Positions 37,445-49,174 of a stretch of DNA of 64,000 nucleotides are shown piece by piece (position 1 is the first letter of the stretch; each line of letters starts with the position of its first letter). The position numbers and the translations under genes are program-made. Source of the DNA: Azolla caroliniana (lineage: Eukaryota; Plantae; Polypodiophyta); assembly GCA_043228905.1 (NCBI GenBank), contig JBHGNT010000005.1, forward strand, positions 1,116,001-1,180,000. Reading direction: 5' to 3'. The notes below the pieces were generated by a model. The model ran no database searches. It was not told where the DNA came from and saw only the letters and a list, made by a program, of their open reading frames with translations.

Positions 37445-40141
37445 TCAGTAGGTTAACGAGGTTGACTCTATTGACAAAAACTCCTGAAACTGACCCATTT
37501 GGAATAAAGTATGAGGAGTATCATACTCAACCAAACCTATTGCTTTGTCAAAAACCTGTTTCCCGACTTCAATATTCCCCAAATATTGGCAAGCACTCAA
37601 AAGAGTATGCCAAACCACCAGATCACAGGTGACTGGAATCTCCTGGATCATTTCCACTGCTTTGTCTAATTTTCCTGTGCGGCTAAGAAGATCCACCACA
37701 CAATTGTAATGTTCACCACTAGGAATAATGCCATAATCGTTGCTCATGGACTCAAAAAACGTTTGGCTTTTCTCAAAATTACCAATGTGGCTGCAAGCAT
37801 TCAGGAGAACAACAAAGGTGATTGGATCTGGCTTTATATATTCCATTACCATTCTCTCAAGAGCACAAAACACATTTTCAATCTCTCCAACCTGAGAGTA
37901 TCCTGCCATTACTGCTGTCCAAGACACAGCATTGCGAATTGGAAGCTTATCACATACTTGATGAGCTTTTGCAGGTAAACCACATCTAGCATACATGTCA
38001 ACCAATGTGTTTCCAACTAAGAGATCTCTTTCTAAAAGACCTTTTCTTTCAATCTCTACATGTATCTCTTCACCTATAACAATAGCACAAACATTACCGC
38101 ATGCTTTCAAGCTACAAACAAATGTTACAACATTTGGAAAGATACCCTCATGCTGCATTTTCTCAAAACACTCGAGAGCTTCCTTCCCATGCTCATTTTC
38201 AGTATACGCTTCTATTAATGCAGTCCACATAACAACATCTCGACACTGAAGGTTGTCAAAAGCAGCTTGTGCTTTTGTAAGCAAGCCAAAATTTGCATAC
38301 ATGTGAATTAAAGTGCTTCCAATGGAAGGATCTTCTTCAAATCCCAGTTCCTCAATCTCTGAATGAATTTCTTGGGCCTTTTTTATATCTCTTAGTATAA
38401 CACAAGCTTTCAAACACCAAACATATGTGATAGTATTCACGAGCATACCTTCAAGTTGCATCTGTTTGAGGCATTCCAGTGCTTCTTTTCCATGATTACA
38501 TTCAGTATATACTATAATTAAGGTGTTCCATAGTGCTGTGGTTTTTTCTGGCAAGCTATCAAAGACTTCTTGTGCTTTTTCAAGCAATCCAAATGTAGCA
38601 TACATGTTTATCAATGCAGAACCAACAACAAGGTCTCCTTTCAGTGACGGGCGTCTTTTAATTTCAATATGTATTTCTTCCCCTTTGCCAACATCTCTCA
38701 TATCCATACACGCTTTTAAACTGCAACAAAATGTGACAACATTTGGAGGAATACCTTGAACCTGCATTTGTTCAAAGTACTTTAATGCTGCTTCTCCATA
38801 ATTATGTTCAGTGTAACCAGTAATTAGTGCAGTCCATGAAACTACATCACGAACCGGAAGATCATTGAACATTTTTTGAGCATCTCTAAGCAATCCACAT
38901 TTTGCATACATATCGATTAAAGAATTCCCAATAGCAGGGCTAGATTTAACAAGACCCTTTGTTTCAATCTCAGCATGTACTTCTTGGCCCTTTTCTATGA
39001 ACCCTATAGCACTACATGCTTTCAGGATGCACATAAGGGTCACTGAATTTGCAGAAATGCCTTCAAATTCCAATCTTTCATAGCAATTCAAAGCCTCGTC
39101 ATAGTGTTCATGCCTCACATAGCCTGCAATGATTGTATTCCAAGAGACAGAATTCCGAAGAGGAATACTATCAAATATTTCTTGTGCCAAGTCCAGAAGG
39201 CCGCACTTGGCATACATATCCATCAATGAATTTGAGAGAACAAAGTCTCTTTGAATAAAATGTTGCTTTCCTATCTGAATATGTAATGCTTTACCTTTAT
39301 GAATAGCTTTAAGGCTTCCAAGAGCTCGCAAGACACAAGCTAGTGTGAAAGCATCTGGAAAAATGGACCGACATTGCATATGGTCAAAACACTGCACAGC
39401 TTCTGAAGCATGGCCTTGTTCAGAATATCCATGGATCAATGAATTCCAAGAAGCAACATTTGGATTTTTAAGGTTACAGAATACTTCCTCAGCTCTAGAA
39501 AGAAAACCACATTTTGCATACATATCAACTAATGTACATCCAAGAAAAGCATTTCTATTCAAAAGTCCGTTTCTTTCAATCTCAGCATGTATTTCTTGAC
39601 CTTTCCTCACTTGTCTTGTATCAGCACAAACTTTCAAGATACATACAAAAGTGGTCGAATCTGGAATGATACCTCTGAATCTCATCTCTTCGAAACAATT
39701 AAGTGCCTCTAATCCTAAACCATTTTCTAAATATCCTGTTATTACTGCTGTCCATGGTACAGTATTTGGAGAACAAAGCTCATCAAGGATGAGCCTTGAT
39801 CTCTCAATAAACCCACATTTCGCATACATAATAATCAAAGAACTAGCAACAAAGGGATTTGTGTTGAGTGAACCTGTTTGAAGAGCCTTTATGTGGATAT
39901 GAAGACCTTGCTGAACATCTTTCAGCTCACTACATGCTTTCAGTAAAGAAACCAATGCATATGCATTAGGTTGAATGGCGGAATCACCCAATTGCATTTG
40001 CTTGTATAGGTTGAGAGCATTCCGTGGTTTTCCACGATCAACAAGGCCAATGATAAGAGAATTCCATGAGATTTCGTTGAATCCGTGAGAAAGCTCTTTG
40101 GTGCTCTGCATCTTCCTAGCCTTGGGATGCAGAAGAAGCAT
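37445..40141 (-). CDS. PLS-class PPR protein (7 PLS triplets + P2L2S2 + E1), no DYW
   Basis: 898-aa intronless ORF; ends ...VVWHTLLSACQYLGNIEVGKQVFDKAIGLVEYD, then non-conserved sequence. Confidence 0.93.
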   Translation of the reverse strand: MLLLHPKARKMQSTKELSHGFNEISWNSLIIGLVDRGKPRNALNLYKQMQLGDSAIQPNAYALVSLLKACSELKDVQQGLHIHIKALQTGSLNTNPFVASSLIIMYAKCGFIERSRLILDELCSPNTVPWTAVITGYLENGLGLEALNCFEEMRFRGIIPDSTTFVCILKVCADTRQVRKGQEIHAEIERNGLLNRNAFLGCTLVDMYAKCGFLSRAEEVFCNLKNPNVASWNSLIHGYSEQGHASEAVQCFDHMQCRSIFPDAFTLACVLRALGSLKAIHKGKALHIQIGKQHFIQRDFVLSNSLMDMYAKCGLLDLAQEIFDSIPLRNSVSWNTIIAGYVRHEHYDEALNCYERLEFEGISANSVTLMCILKACSAIGFIEKGQEVHAEIETKGLVKSSPAIGNSLIDMYAKCGLLRDAQKMFNDLPVRDVVSWTALITGYTEHNYGEAALKYFEQMQVQGIPPNVVTFCCSLKACMDMRDVGKGEEIHIEIKRRPSLKGDLVVGSALINMYATFGLLEKAQEVFDSLPEKTTALWNTLIIVYTECNHGKEALECLKQMQLEGMLVNTITYVWCLKACVILRDIKKAQEIHSEIEELGFEEDPSIGSTLIHMYANFGLLTKAQAAFDNLQCRDVVMWTALIEAYTENEHGKEALECFEKMQHEGIFPNVVTFVCSLKACGNVCAIVIGEEIHVEIERKGLLERDLLVGNTLVDMYARCGLPAKAHQVCDKLPIRNAVSWTAVMAGYSQVGEIENVFCALERMVMEYIKPDPITFVVLLNACSHIGNFEKSQTFFESMSNDYGIIPSGEHYNCVVDLLSRTGKLDKAVEMIQEIPVTCDLVVWHTLLSACQYLGNIEVGKQVFDKAIGLVEYDTPHTLFQMGQFQEFLSIESTSLTY

Positions 40142-40427
40142 CCCTTCTTCCGCGTCTGGCCTTCTTCACATTGTCTTGGATTGAAAAAAAAACTTATCGT
40201 GCAATGAATAGTGTGATTTTGTCTTTAAGAAGTAACAAGGTAATGCTGGAGGGGCATATTGTGCAAATAAAATGTCAATTAATTGAGTTGCTGGAGGTGA
40301 CATTCAGTTTGTAGTAGTAGTATTTAGCTCCCTATAAGGGTTCTATACTTTGTCGTAAGTTAGTCATGGTGGTTTTTTTTTCTTTCGTGGTGAAAGCCGT
40401 TATTTACACACACACACACACACACAA

Positions 40428-40652
40428 AGAGAGAGATTATATTATGTCTTCAGAGGTCAAATATGACCTATGATACCAAAAATATTACATTTCACGTGTT
40501 ACGTGTGAAAGTGAATAGCGACTCTCGATGTTCAAGAACTTTACCAATGAATGTTGCAATCGAGAGTGCACATTGTGGTTGTGAGAGAAATTCTTGCAAG
40601 GATTGGGCTTAGTCGAAGATTTGTGGAAAGCACAATCGAATATGATTAAAGG
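40428..40652 (-). mobile_element. Short 5'-truncated LINE 3' end (second subfamily)
   Basis: Sense end GGTCATATTTGACC-tctgaaGACATAATATAA-(TC)n; homologous to 40665-40895. Confidence 0.65.
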
Positions 40653-40654
40653 CA

Positions 40655-41400
40655 GAGAGAGAGAGAGAGAGAGAGATTTCATTATCATCCTCAAATGTCA
40701 AATATGTCTAGAACCAAATTAGTGTTACACGGTGAACCAAATTGTATTCTATTAGCTACGAGTGACTCTTGATGTTCAAGAATTTTATCGATGAACGCTG
40801 CAATTGAGAGCCTACATTTAGATCGTCAGAGGAATGTGTAGGGAGTGGGTGGAATTAACAATGTGTGGAAAGCAAACTTGAATATGGCCAAATGCAACAC
40901 ATTTTGTATCAAAGTGGGATATTATGACTCTCGCACTTGTTAAAGGTAACAAACACATAATTGATGAGTCTCATCACCACCCATCTCAAGTTGAAGAGGA
41001 TGTGAGCTAAGTTGTATCGAAGCACTTTGCGCATATGGTGCACAAAGGGATGGATCTCTAGTATGTATCACATAGTGCAATTTCCTATTTTGAGAATAAT
41101 ATGGTTTGTCATTTGTTGCATAATATAATGCGTGAAAGGTGAGCCTCCACATCTTCTCCAAACTGCGATACATTAATGTTGCAAAAAAACCTCATTTACA
41201 AAAGATTCTATGGATGTGATGTATTGCATTTGCCAACCCATTTCCTTCACAGCTTCCATCCATCTAGAGTCCCAAATTCTGCTTTTGTGTATATTTTAAA
41301 TCTTTTTGCTTGCTTCTAGAAGAAGTTGTGAGGGCTTTTTGGGAGAGAGAGAGAATCAATTAAGCCACACCTAAGATGGTGGTGTTTATTGTTTGCAGAC
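40655..41400 (-). mobile_element. Degenerate LINE 3' portion with zinc finger (second subfamily)
   Basis: Minus frame QLSSHPLQLEMG..ETHQLCVCYL*QVRES*YPTL matches the SSHxLxIExGR...C..C...E.EYH motif; (GA)n tail at 40655-40676; 5' limit approximate. Confidence 0.6.
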
Positions 41401-42235
41401 CATGAGGCATCAGATTGATGCGATGAGGAATTGTGATAAATATGTAAAAGTCAATATATAATTAAGTGATTGTGATATTTTCAAACCAGAAGAAGCTTAT
41501 GTTTCCCATTTAGCGCTACCATAGGACATGCATTTCTTAGTATGACACATATAATGTCATGGGATTTTGACACCCCAAGAAGCACTTTGTTATTCGTCAG
41601 TGGCATAGCATGTTCGATAAACATCTCCTCTAACATGACATTAGCGACACAAGGTTTTGAAACCCAAAGGAACCCTTAGAACATACCATAACACAAAGTG
41701 TTAGAACATTTCTAACTCAATATGTTAGAACATATGTGGTGCATGCTATGTTTTTTAGTGTTAGATCATATCTATACACATATCCAATTTACTTGTGTCT
41801 TAGTGTGACAACTACCTACCATATGAATTGTGATGGAGTGTTTGTTGGTGATTTGGCCTTGATCATGAGACTATGTGACATTACCATAGAAACACTTCGG
41901 AAAGATCCCTTATGTGACTCGCTTTATTTTTCCCAAAGAGGCAAGATTATTATTTCCCAAAATGCCCATTTGATCAAACACCCGAAACAGCTATTGTTAT
42001 GTGACATTTTCACGGTGGTTAATTTACCCTCGTTTTCTTGTCTTATAATGCCCAAACTAAGGGTGTTCCATGGGAAAATAACAAAGTCCAGGGAGGGGCA
42101 TTTGAAGAAATAACTAAATCCCAAATAAATAATGTTACCTGGACAGAAGTGGAGTCTGTTCATGAATTTTGGCCGATGTCTCTCTCCCCTGCAGACAATA
42201 GTCTCCAATGTTAAAATCTCCTTGATGGATGATGA

Positions 42236-44887
42236 ATGACGATGGATCAATGCAAAACCTTATACAAATCATTTAACGTTGAAACTTTACCTGGAATTGA
42301 GCATGGGAGGATTTCCAAGCGTTATTGTGATGTTTTAACAAGCACAATCCAGCATTGTATTAAAGTGAAGGATACGTCATATGCTTTGCATTTGTATGAA
42401 TATATGCAGAAACAGGGGATTGAATCACACAGGTCATTAGGAAACCATTTGGTTTCAATGCTAGTGGAAGTTGGAAGGATCTGCGATGCAAGTCGAGTTT
42501 TTGATCGATTGGTTTATAGAAGTGAAAGCTCATGGAATTCCATGATTCTTGGCTATGTGAAATGTGGCGAGTTACACCATGCTCTTGCTCTTTACTCTCA
42601 CTTGCAAAATGACGAATATGTGCGACTTAGTGGGCATGTCTTTGTATCTCTACTTAGATCTTCATCAAAGCTAAAAGACCTTGAACTTGGTGTTGAACTT
42701 CACTCTGTAATTGCTAGGCTAGGGTTACTTGAAAAAGATGTATTCATTGGCAGTGCATTGGTTGGTATGTATGCCAAGTCTGGTTTGTTTTCTCGAGCCC
42801 AAGAAGTGCTTCATGACTTTCCCACCCAAAACATTGTCATGTGGAATTCACTCCTTTCTGGGTACATTGAATTTGGACATAACCAAGATGTAATTGGTTG
42901 TTTTGAACAAATGAAGCTTCAAGGCATCTATCCAGATGGTGTTACATTGGTTTGCATCTTGAAAGCTTGTGGTAATATAGTTGCCACATGTAAAGGTAGA
43001 GAAATACATGCTATAGCTCAAGCATTAGGATTGTTGCAAGATAATATTTTTGTTGGTAATAGTGTTATTGACATGTATGCAAAGGGTGGCTCTCTTATCA
43101 TGGCACAAGAAGTATTTGATAGGCTTTCGGTTCATGATGGAGTGTCGTGGAATGCATTGATTGTAGGATATGCTGATCATGGACATAATGAAGAAGCATT
43201 AGACCGATTTGAACAAATGCAAGGTGATGGTATCTTACCAGATGCTATTACATTTGTTTGTATCTTGAAATCTTGTGGTGAGATTGGAACCATTGACAAG
43301 TGTCACAAAATACTTGCTGAGATTGAAAGGTTGGGATTAGTGGAAAAGAACCTTTTTGTCGCTGGTGCCTTGATTAATATGTATGCTAAATGTGGCTTGA
43401 TTGGGAACGCTCGAGAGGTATTTAATAGGATACAAGTTCGAGATACGGTATTGTGGAATTCATTGATGACTGGATATGCTGAACATGGATATTCAGAAGA
43501 AATGCTTGATTGTTTGGAACAAATGCATATTGAGAGCACTGTTTCAGATGTTGTCACGTTTGTTTGTGGCCTTAAAGCGTCTAGTGACTTACGTGATTTA
43601 AGGAAGGGTAAAGAAATACATGCTGTGGTTCAAAAAAAATGCTTAGAAGAAAATGTGCTTATTGGCAATGCTTTGGTGGAAATGTATGCCAAATGTAATT
43701 GCCTTGATATGGCTCAGCAAGTTTTTGATAATCTTGCAATCCAAGACACCATCTCATGCAATGCCCTTATTGCAGGTTATGCAGAACATGGAAAAGGTGA
43801 GGAAGCACTGGAATGCCTCCAAAAGATGCAAGATAAACACATCCCCATGGATGCTGTTACGTTTGTCTGGGGCTTGAAAGTATGTGGAAACCTATGTGCA
43901 AGGGAACAGATGCATGAACTGCATCTTGAAATAGAAAGACATGGACTTTTAGAAAGAGACATTGGTGTTGGAAATGGATTGATTGATACTTACGCGAGAT
44001 GTGGTTTGCTTGGTTTAGCACAGCAAGTGTTTGATAAGATGCCATCTCGGGATACAGTATCATGGAATGTTTTAATTGCCGGGTATGTTGACCACTGTCT
44101 TTCAGAAGAAGCATTTAAATGCTTTGATGAGATGCAAAGTGAGGGAGTCTCTCCTAATGCTGTCACATTTGTTGCTATCTTGAAGGCATGTTGTAGCATG
44201 GGAGCATTAGATAGAGCTCGTGATATACACATGGTAATTGAACATGAGGGGCTTCTTCAAAATGACCTTGTTCTTGGAAATACATTGCTAAATATGTATG
44301 CCAAATGTGGTTTGGTTGCCAAAGCACAACAAGTGTTTGACATGCTTCCAGTTAGAGATGTAGCTTCTTGGACTACACTGATGGTGGGATATGCTCATCT
44401 TGGTGAATGTGACAGTGTTTTTCTTCTCTTTGATAGCATGCTTTTACAAGGAATAAGACCAAATATGGTTACCTTTCTTGTTGCACTTAATGCGTGCAGC
44501 CGCTCGGGTCAACTCACGAAGAGTCAACAATACTTTGAGGCCATGAAGACAGAGTATGGTATTTGTCCAACTCTGGAACACCACACATGTATAATGGATC
44601 TCCTTGTACGTTCGGGTCAATTAGAGAACGCTGGAGCGATGATCAGGAAGATCCCATTCTCCTCAGATCCTGTCGTTTGGCATAGTATACTAGATGCCTG
44701 CAAAACTTGGGGAAATGTAGAGCTTGGGAAACAAGCCTTTGAAAATGCATTGCATTTGAATCAAGATGATGCTGTAGCATATGTTCTAATGTCTCAAATA
44801 TATTCCCGTGCTGGGTTGGATGCAGAAGCAAATAAACTAAAGATGATGAATGTGACTAATGGATGCACATATAGTTCAAATATATAA
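42236..44887 (+). CDS. PLS-class PPR protein ending in E1-E2, no PG box or DYW
   Basis: 883-aa intronless ORF; ends ...VVWHSILDACKTWGNVELGKQAFENALHLNQDDAVAYVLMSQIYSRAGLDAEANKL. Confidence 0.93.
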   Translation: MTMDQCKTLYKSFNVETLPGIEHGRISKRYCDVLTSTIQHCIKVKDTSYALHLYEYMQKQGIESHRSLGNHLVSMLVEVGRICDASRVFDRLVYRSESSWNSMILGYVKCGELHHALALYSHLQNDEYVRLSGHVFVSLLRSSSKLKDLELGVELHSVIARLGLLEKDVFIGSALVGMYAKSGLFSRAQEVLHDFPTQNIVMWNSLLSGYIEFGHNQDVIGCFEQMKLQGIYPDGVTLVCILKACGNIVATCKGREIHAIAQALGLLQDNIFVGNSVIDMYAKGGSLIMAQEVFDRLSVHDGVSWNALIVGYADHGHNEEALDRFEQMQGDGILPDAITFVCILKSCGEIGTIDKCHKILAEIERLGLVEKNLFVAGALINMYAKCGLIGNAREVFNRIQVRDTVLWNSLMTGYAEHGYSEEMLDCLEQMHIESTVSDVVTFVCGLKASSDLRDLRKGKEIHAVVQKKCLEENVLIGNALVEMYAKCNCLDMAQQVFDNLAIQDTISCNALIAGYAEHGKGEEALECLQKMQDKHIPMDAVTFVWGLKVCGNLCAREQMHELHLEIERHGLLERDIGVGNGLIDTYARCGLLGLAQQVFDKMPSRDTVSWNVLIAGYVDHCLSEEAFKCFDEMQSEGVSPNAVTFVAILKACCSMGALDRARDIHMVIEHEGLLQNDLVLGNTLLNMYAKCGLVAKAQQVFDMLPVRDVASWTTLMVGYAHLGECDSVFLLFDSMLLQGIRPNMVTFLVALNACSRSGQLTKSQQYFEAMKTEYGICPTLEHHTCIMDLLVRSGQLENAGAMIRKIPFSSDPVVWHSILDACKTWGNVELGKQAFENALHLNQDDAVAYVLMSQIYSRAGLDAEANKLKMMNVTNGCTYSSNI

Positions 44888-44999
44888 AGGAATTAATACA
44901 TTTGAGTGGTATAAGAAAGTATACATCCAGATTGTTCGACCTTGTTTCGGTTGTAGGCCTATGTGCAAATCTATATAAGCCATGGGAAATATCAAAAGA

Positions 45000-46850
45000 G
45001 ATGGAAACTTTCAATATAGCTTGGTGATGTAATGTAGTACCAAATCTGGGACTTCAAGAGTATCAAAACTTGGGTGATGTTCACCAGAAGGTGACAAATA
45101 CTACGGCTATTGCAAAATTGCATCTCCCAAAGCCTCAACACATGGAAAACATTGGGAACGTAGATGCACAATACTTCAAAGGAAGGCTAAGGGAAGTAAA
45201 GCAAAACAACAAAGAAATGTACAAGAAACTTGCTGACAGAAGTATGGAGGGTAAAACTCCACGTAAGTAAGAAGCAACGAGGTGTGCAACTTGTTGTGGC
45301 TGAAGATGACTCTTCTACTCTAAAAACAACTAGCGACATGAAGATGTCATGTCATTTACATTGCCACAAAGGTCTATGAGAGGAGAAAATGCAAGGTGGA
45401 GCCACCGGTTTTACCTTACGCTTTTCCATATATTAGCGCTTTGTCATCTACATGAAATCATCACCTTATATACATCTAATGAAATGTGTGAGCAAGAGGA
45501 AGATGAGATGAAGTTCATTAACGATCTTTAACAAATACTCTATTCAAAGGATGTTTTGCCAACATATTGGGCTACAGTTGATGGATGAAAGTTGTGTGTT
45601 TGCTGCCATTGGAAACCAGGAGCACACTTTAGTGAACTCAACGTCAATTTTTCGATCAGATTGGAATGGTTAGAATGTGGTATTATGGCTTATGGTGTGC
45701 TTCGGTATTTATCATGCTGTGCTAAGGTATATTCTTCATCAATGGTCAACAACCCAAATTCGAGCTCCCGTTGTATCATTGTAATTACACAATTTTACAT
45801 GGTGCTATGACTAAGCAACATGCAAAGTGTACCTTGTGGGTTTATGCATTGGGTGTGGCTGGTGTTAATGGTGTTTGGGATTGTATGTCCAATAACAATG
45901 GAGTCTAAATCAACATAGGATATGGGAAATGGCATGTGAACATATGTGTGGATTATGCACTGCCGGAGGAACAAGCAATAAGGAACTAAACGAAAGTGCA
46001 ACTGACCAAAAAGTCTGAACAGGACACATGTGAGTTAATGCATGCACTGATGAGGAGAAACAGCAAGAGGGGATTGAGGATTGATCAGACACCAGTCAAT
46101 GATCCTTGCATTAAAGAGATATGTGAACTGACAAGTGGCAATGTGTCCTTTCCATTGTGTTAGTTACTGAGGGGTCGAGCCTGGAGATCCTAAAAAAGGA
46201 CAACCAAGGATTATGCAAGTTGAAAGAGACATGAGATGCCGAAATCATGCCACTGTGTGGTATGACCACATGTAGTTGAGGTAAAAGATAAAGGTATGTG
46301 GGTTTGATCCCCATTTTAAGAGCTCGATCCCACTGAGAAGCCAAGTGAATATGAACTTATTAGACCATGTGGTTATGTAATTTGTTCACTGTCTATTTAT
46401 TGATGAGAGAATGGTGACATCGTGGACGAAAGGCGTCCTCAAAGGGAGCTTTGTCTCCCTGTGTATGCAGGTATGAGGGAAAATGTGAACAATAGAAATA
46501 TAGTTTTCAAGATGAGAGTCTAGTGCGGTCTCATTCATTATTGTTGGGTCACCAATAGGGCATTTGTTGGATTATAGGCATTGAGTTGCATCCACACTTG
46601 AACAACAGTTTGCCCCTTGGACGAACTATGGTGATCAGAGGGGAAACAATGTCTTTAATGTCATGGGGAATCCACCCAAGAAGATAACAAGTAGAGTGGG
46701 TCAAGGTTCCATGTATGTTATATGTTGAAGAAAGCTAAGTAGGGCTAGGCCAAGGTTTTACATTGGATGTCCATGTGGAAATGGTGACAACATATCCCAT
46801 TTTCTCATGTCTCGTACACATGTACGAACATGTCTAGGGATCTAGCTCGG
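45000..46850. mobile_element. Highly decayed retroelement-like sequence (unclassified)
   Basis: Coding-like composition with many short broken ORFs; no termini identified. Confidence 0.2.
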
Positions 46851-46908
46851 TTATTGCTTGATTATTGTGCTTTCTTTTATGGATGCAACTACATATATGG
46901 GTACCAAA

Positions 46909-48124
46909 TGTAAAATTAGCGATTTTACAAACAAAATCCCTACTTTTTCATCGTCCCCCAACATATTTTGGAGAGCCATGCAAGGCGCCATTCGCTTAGC
47001 CCATGGAGCCATTCATGTGGCTGCCAAGTGTAAACATTAGGTGCCATGTGAGCACTGTTGTATGTACTGAGTTTTTTTGTAATCGAAATATTGTTGTTTG
47101 CTCTACTTAATCTCTCTCTCATTCATTGTTTCCGAATAACCGATTGTGTACTCAGGTGTCTTCCGCTCACGTAACTCTTTACATGGTATCAGAGCGTGAA
47201 GGTTGAGACTCCTCTACAACCGACAGAAAAGCATGCGAACAAGACAAAGACAAGCCTTCTTCATTTTTGGAAAAAGAAAAACAGGAACATGGACAATGGA
47301 ATGGGACACTCGCTTACGACAAAGAAGCTCGATAGGAGCAACTATGCATCTCGGTCGTACAAGATGCTGTTAGGAAACAGGTCCCTCCGGATGGGAAGGG
47401 AGAAGAACAGTGCCGATGAACAAACTCGGCCGAGACCGGATGAGGAGTACCCAGCTACGGAGAGCCGGATGGTGCAGACCCGATGAGAAGTGCTCACCGG
47501 ATGAAGAGACATATTCGTAAATATGTTTCTGAGAGTCCATCATGGCTATATTTGTGAATAGTCGAAAAGTCATATTAGTATAAATATGACTTAGGGCAAA
47601 CTTTTAGGTCAGTTGTTGTAGTTGTTATTCTTGTTGGTGCAAGGAGAGAGAGAGCGCGTAACTGTGTACAAAGAGTGAGAGAGAGAAAGAGGTCGTTGCC
47701 TCTGTTGTAACCGCCGCCTGTGGCGAGGATCGTGAGCACGAGGTTGTTGCCTCCGTGAACTCACTGTTGTACATTCTAACATAGTGATAGTTTGCAGCAT
47801 GTGGGCTGCTGTGGTTTTTCCCTTAGTTTGGGTTTTCCACGTAAACATCCTGCGTACTCTTCTCTTCTTCGTGTCGTGCATTCTTTCACCGTTTTTTCTG
47901 TGTATGATTCTAAGCTCGGTTGTGGCCGAGCGTTGCGTATAGTGAGCGTGCAGTTCCTGTCAGATGCACCAATACCTGCTTGGGCCATGGTTACTGGAGT
48001 TATGTCGAAGGTGCTAATGATGCAGCATCGAAGTCGACACACAGAGATTTCCCGGTCTGGGAATAGGCGACAAGCAGAGTTTTGTATTGCTTCACATCTT
48101 GTGTGGGCGACCAGCTTCTAAGCT
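46909..48124 (+). mobile_element. Truncated Ty1/copia element: 5' LTR (46909-47183), tRNA-Met PBS, start of gag
   Basis: LTR TGTAAA...TTTACA; PBS TGGTATCAGAGC at 47184-47195; gag KLDRSNYASRSYK|MHQYLLGHGYWSYVEG...WE*ATSRVLYCF...DQLLS, interrupted by a solo LTR. Confidence 0.88.
47368..47962. mobile_element. Solo LTR (595 bp) nested in the copia gag
   Basis: TGTTAGGAA...TTCCTGTCA termini; perfect 5-bp TSD GATGC (47363-47367, 47963-47967); the gag frame resumes across it. Confidence 0.92.
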
Positions 48125-49084
48125 AACCCCATTTCTGAAATTTTCATTAGACTCTTCCTGCTCTGTAATTTCTCTCTCTATTTGGGTTTCGAACCCAAGA
48201 CATAGTGGTAGTACTAATTAGTCTAACAACTTATCACTAGGGTAAGCTAATTAAGAGAGCAAGAGAGAGAGAGCCTAACATTTAGATTTTCAGCCCCTAC
48301 AATCCATTGCATGTCATGTAGTAGATCAATGCCAATGGAGAGATTTGAATGTTGGTACATGGCGCTAATAAAAGCACAATATTTGTGGAAATTTGTGTCT
48401 CTAAATTTTGATTGAATAAACAAAGTAGCACAACAAAAATATCTTCAATATAGGCTTGGATTTGGTGAACCCATAAGATGGGTGGTATACAAATTTTGTC
48501 TTAAAAAAAGGTATGACAAACAAACGCTTATTGGTCTTGAGTCTTGACTAAGATTTAAAAACCTCATTATTTTAATAAGTTTTTCTATTTGTATGACTTT
48601 ACAACATTTTCATAAGATTGCATTTTCCAAAAGACATCTCCTCCTTTCACAACCATAGGAGGCATATGCTCTCTTTGCTCCTCATTAATTAGTGTTCATA
48701 ATATCTTTCTTCATCATGTACAAAACTAAATGTCCAATCTAATGTATATATTTTTTTCGTAACTTCGAATACGATTGGTAAATTCTTTATTATCTTGAAC
48801 TATATTTTGTCATGGTTCATTTCATCAATGACATCACACTATAATGATATTAGCCTCAACATACGCAACCATTACATATTGCGAAATTTGAACACTATGA
48901 TTAGAAATGCACTCGTGTAGATATACGCACCTTTGAAAACAACTAGAGAAAACAACATAGTTCTTATTCGTCGATAGATGTGACACGAATAATAGTGTTA
49001 AAACACATTGCATAAGTCATACTTCATTTATGGCTACACAATTTTTGAGGATGGAGAAAATCTAGCATAGTTACATACTTGAAT

Positions 49085-49086
<2 letters not shown>

Positions 49087-49126
<40 letters not shown>
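49087..49126. repeat. (CA)n microsatellite
   Basis: Direct reading. Confidence 0.95.
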
Positions 49127-49129
<3 letters not shown>

Positions 49130-49174
49130 TATATTTGATCTTAACATACATATTGTTACAATGTTGTGTACTAA

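Noticed and set aside
21944-44831. Many short antisense ORFs overlapping the PPR genes
   Set aside because: Shadow ORFs produced by the repetitive PPR codon structure.
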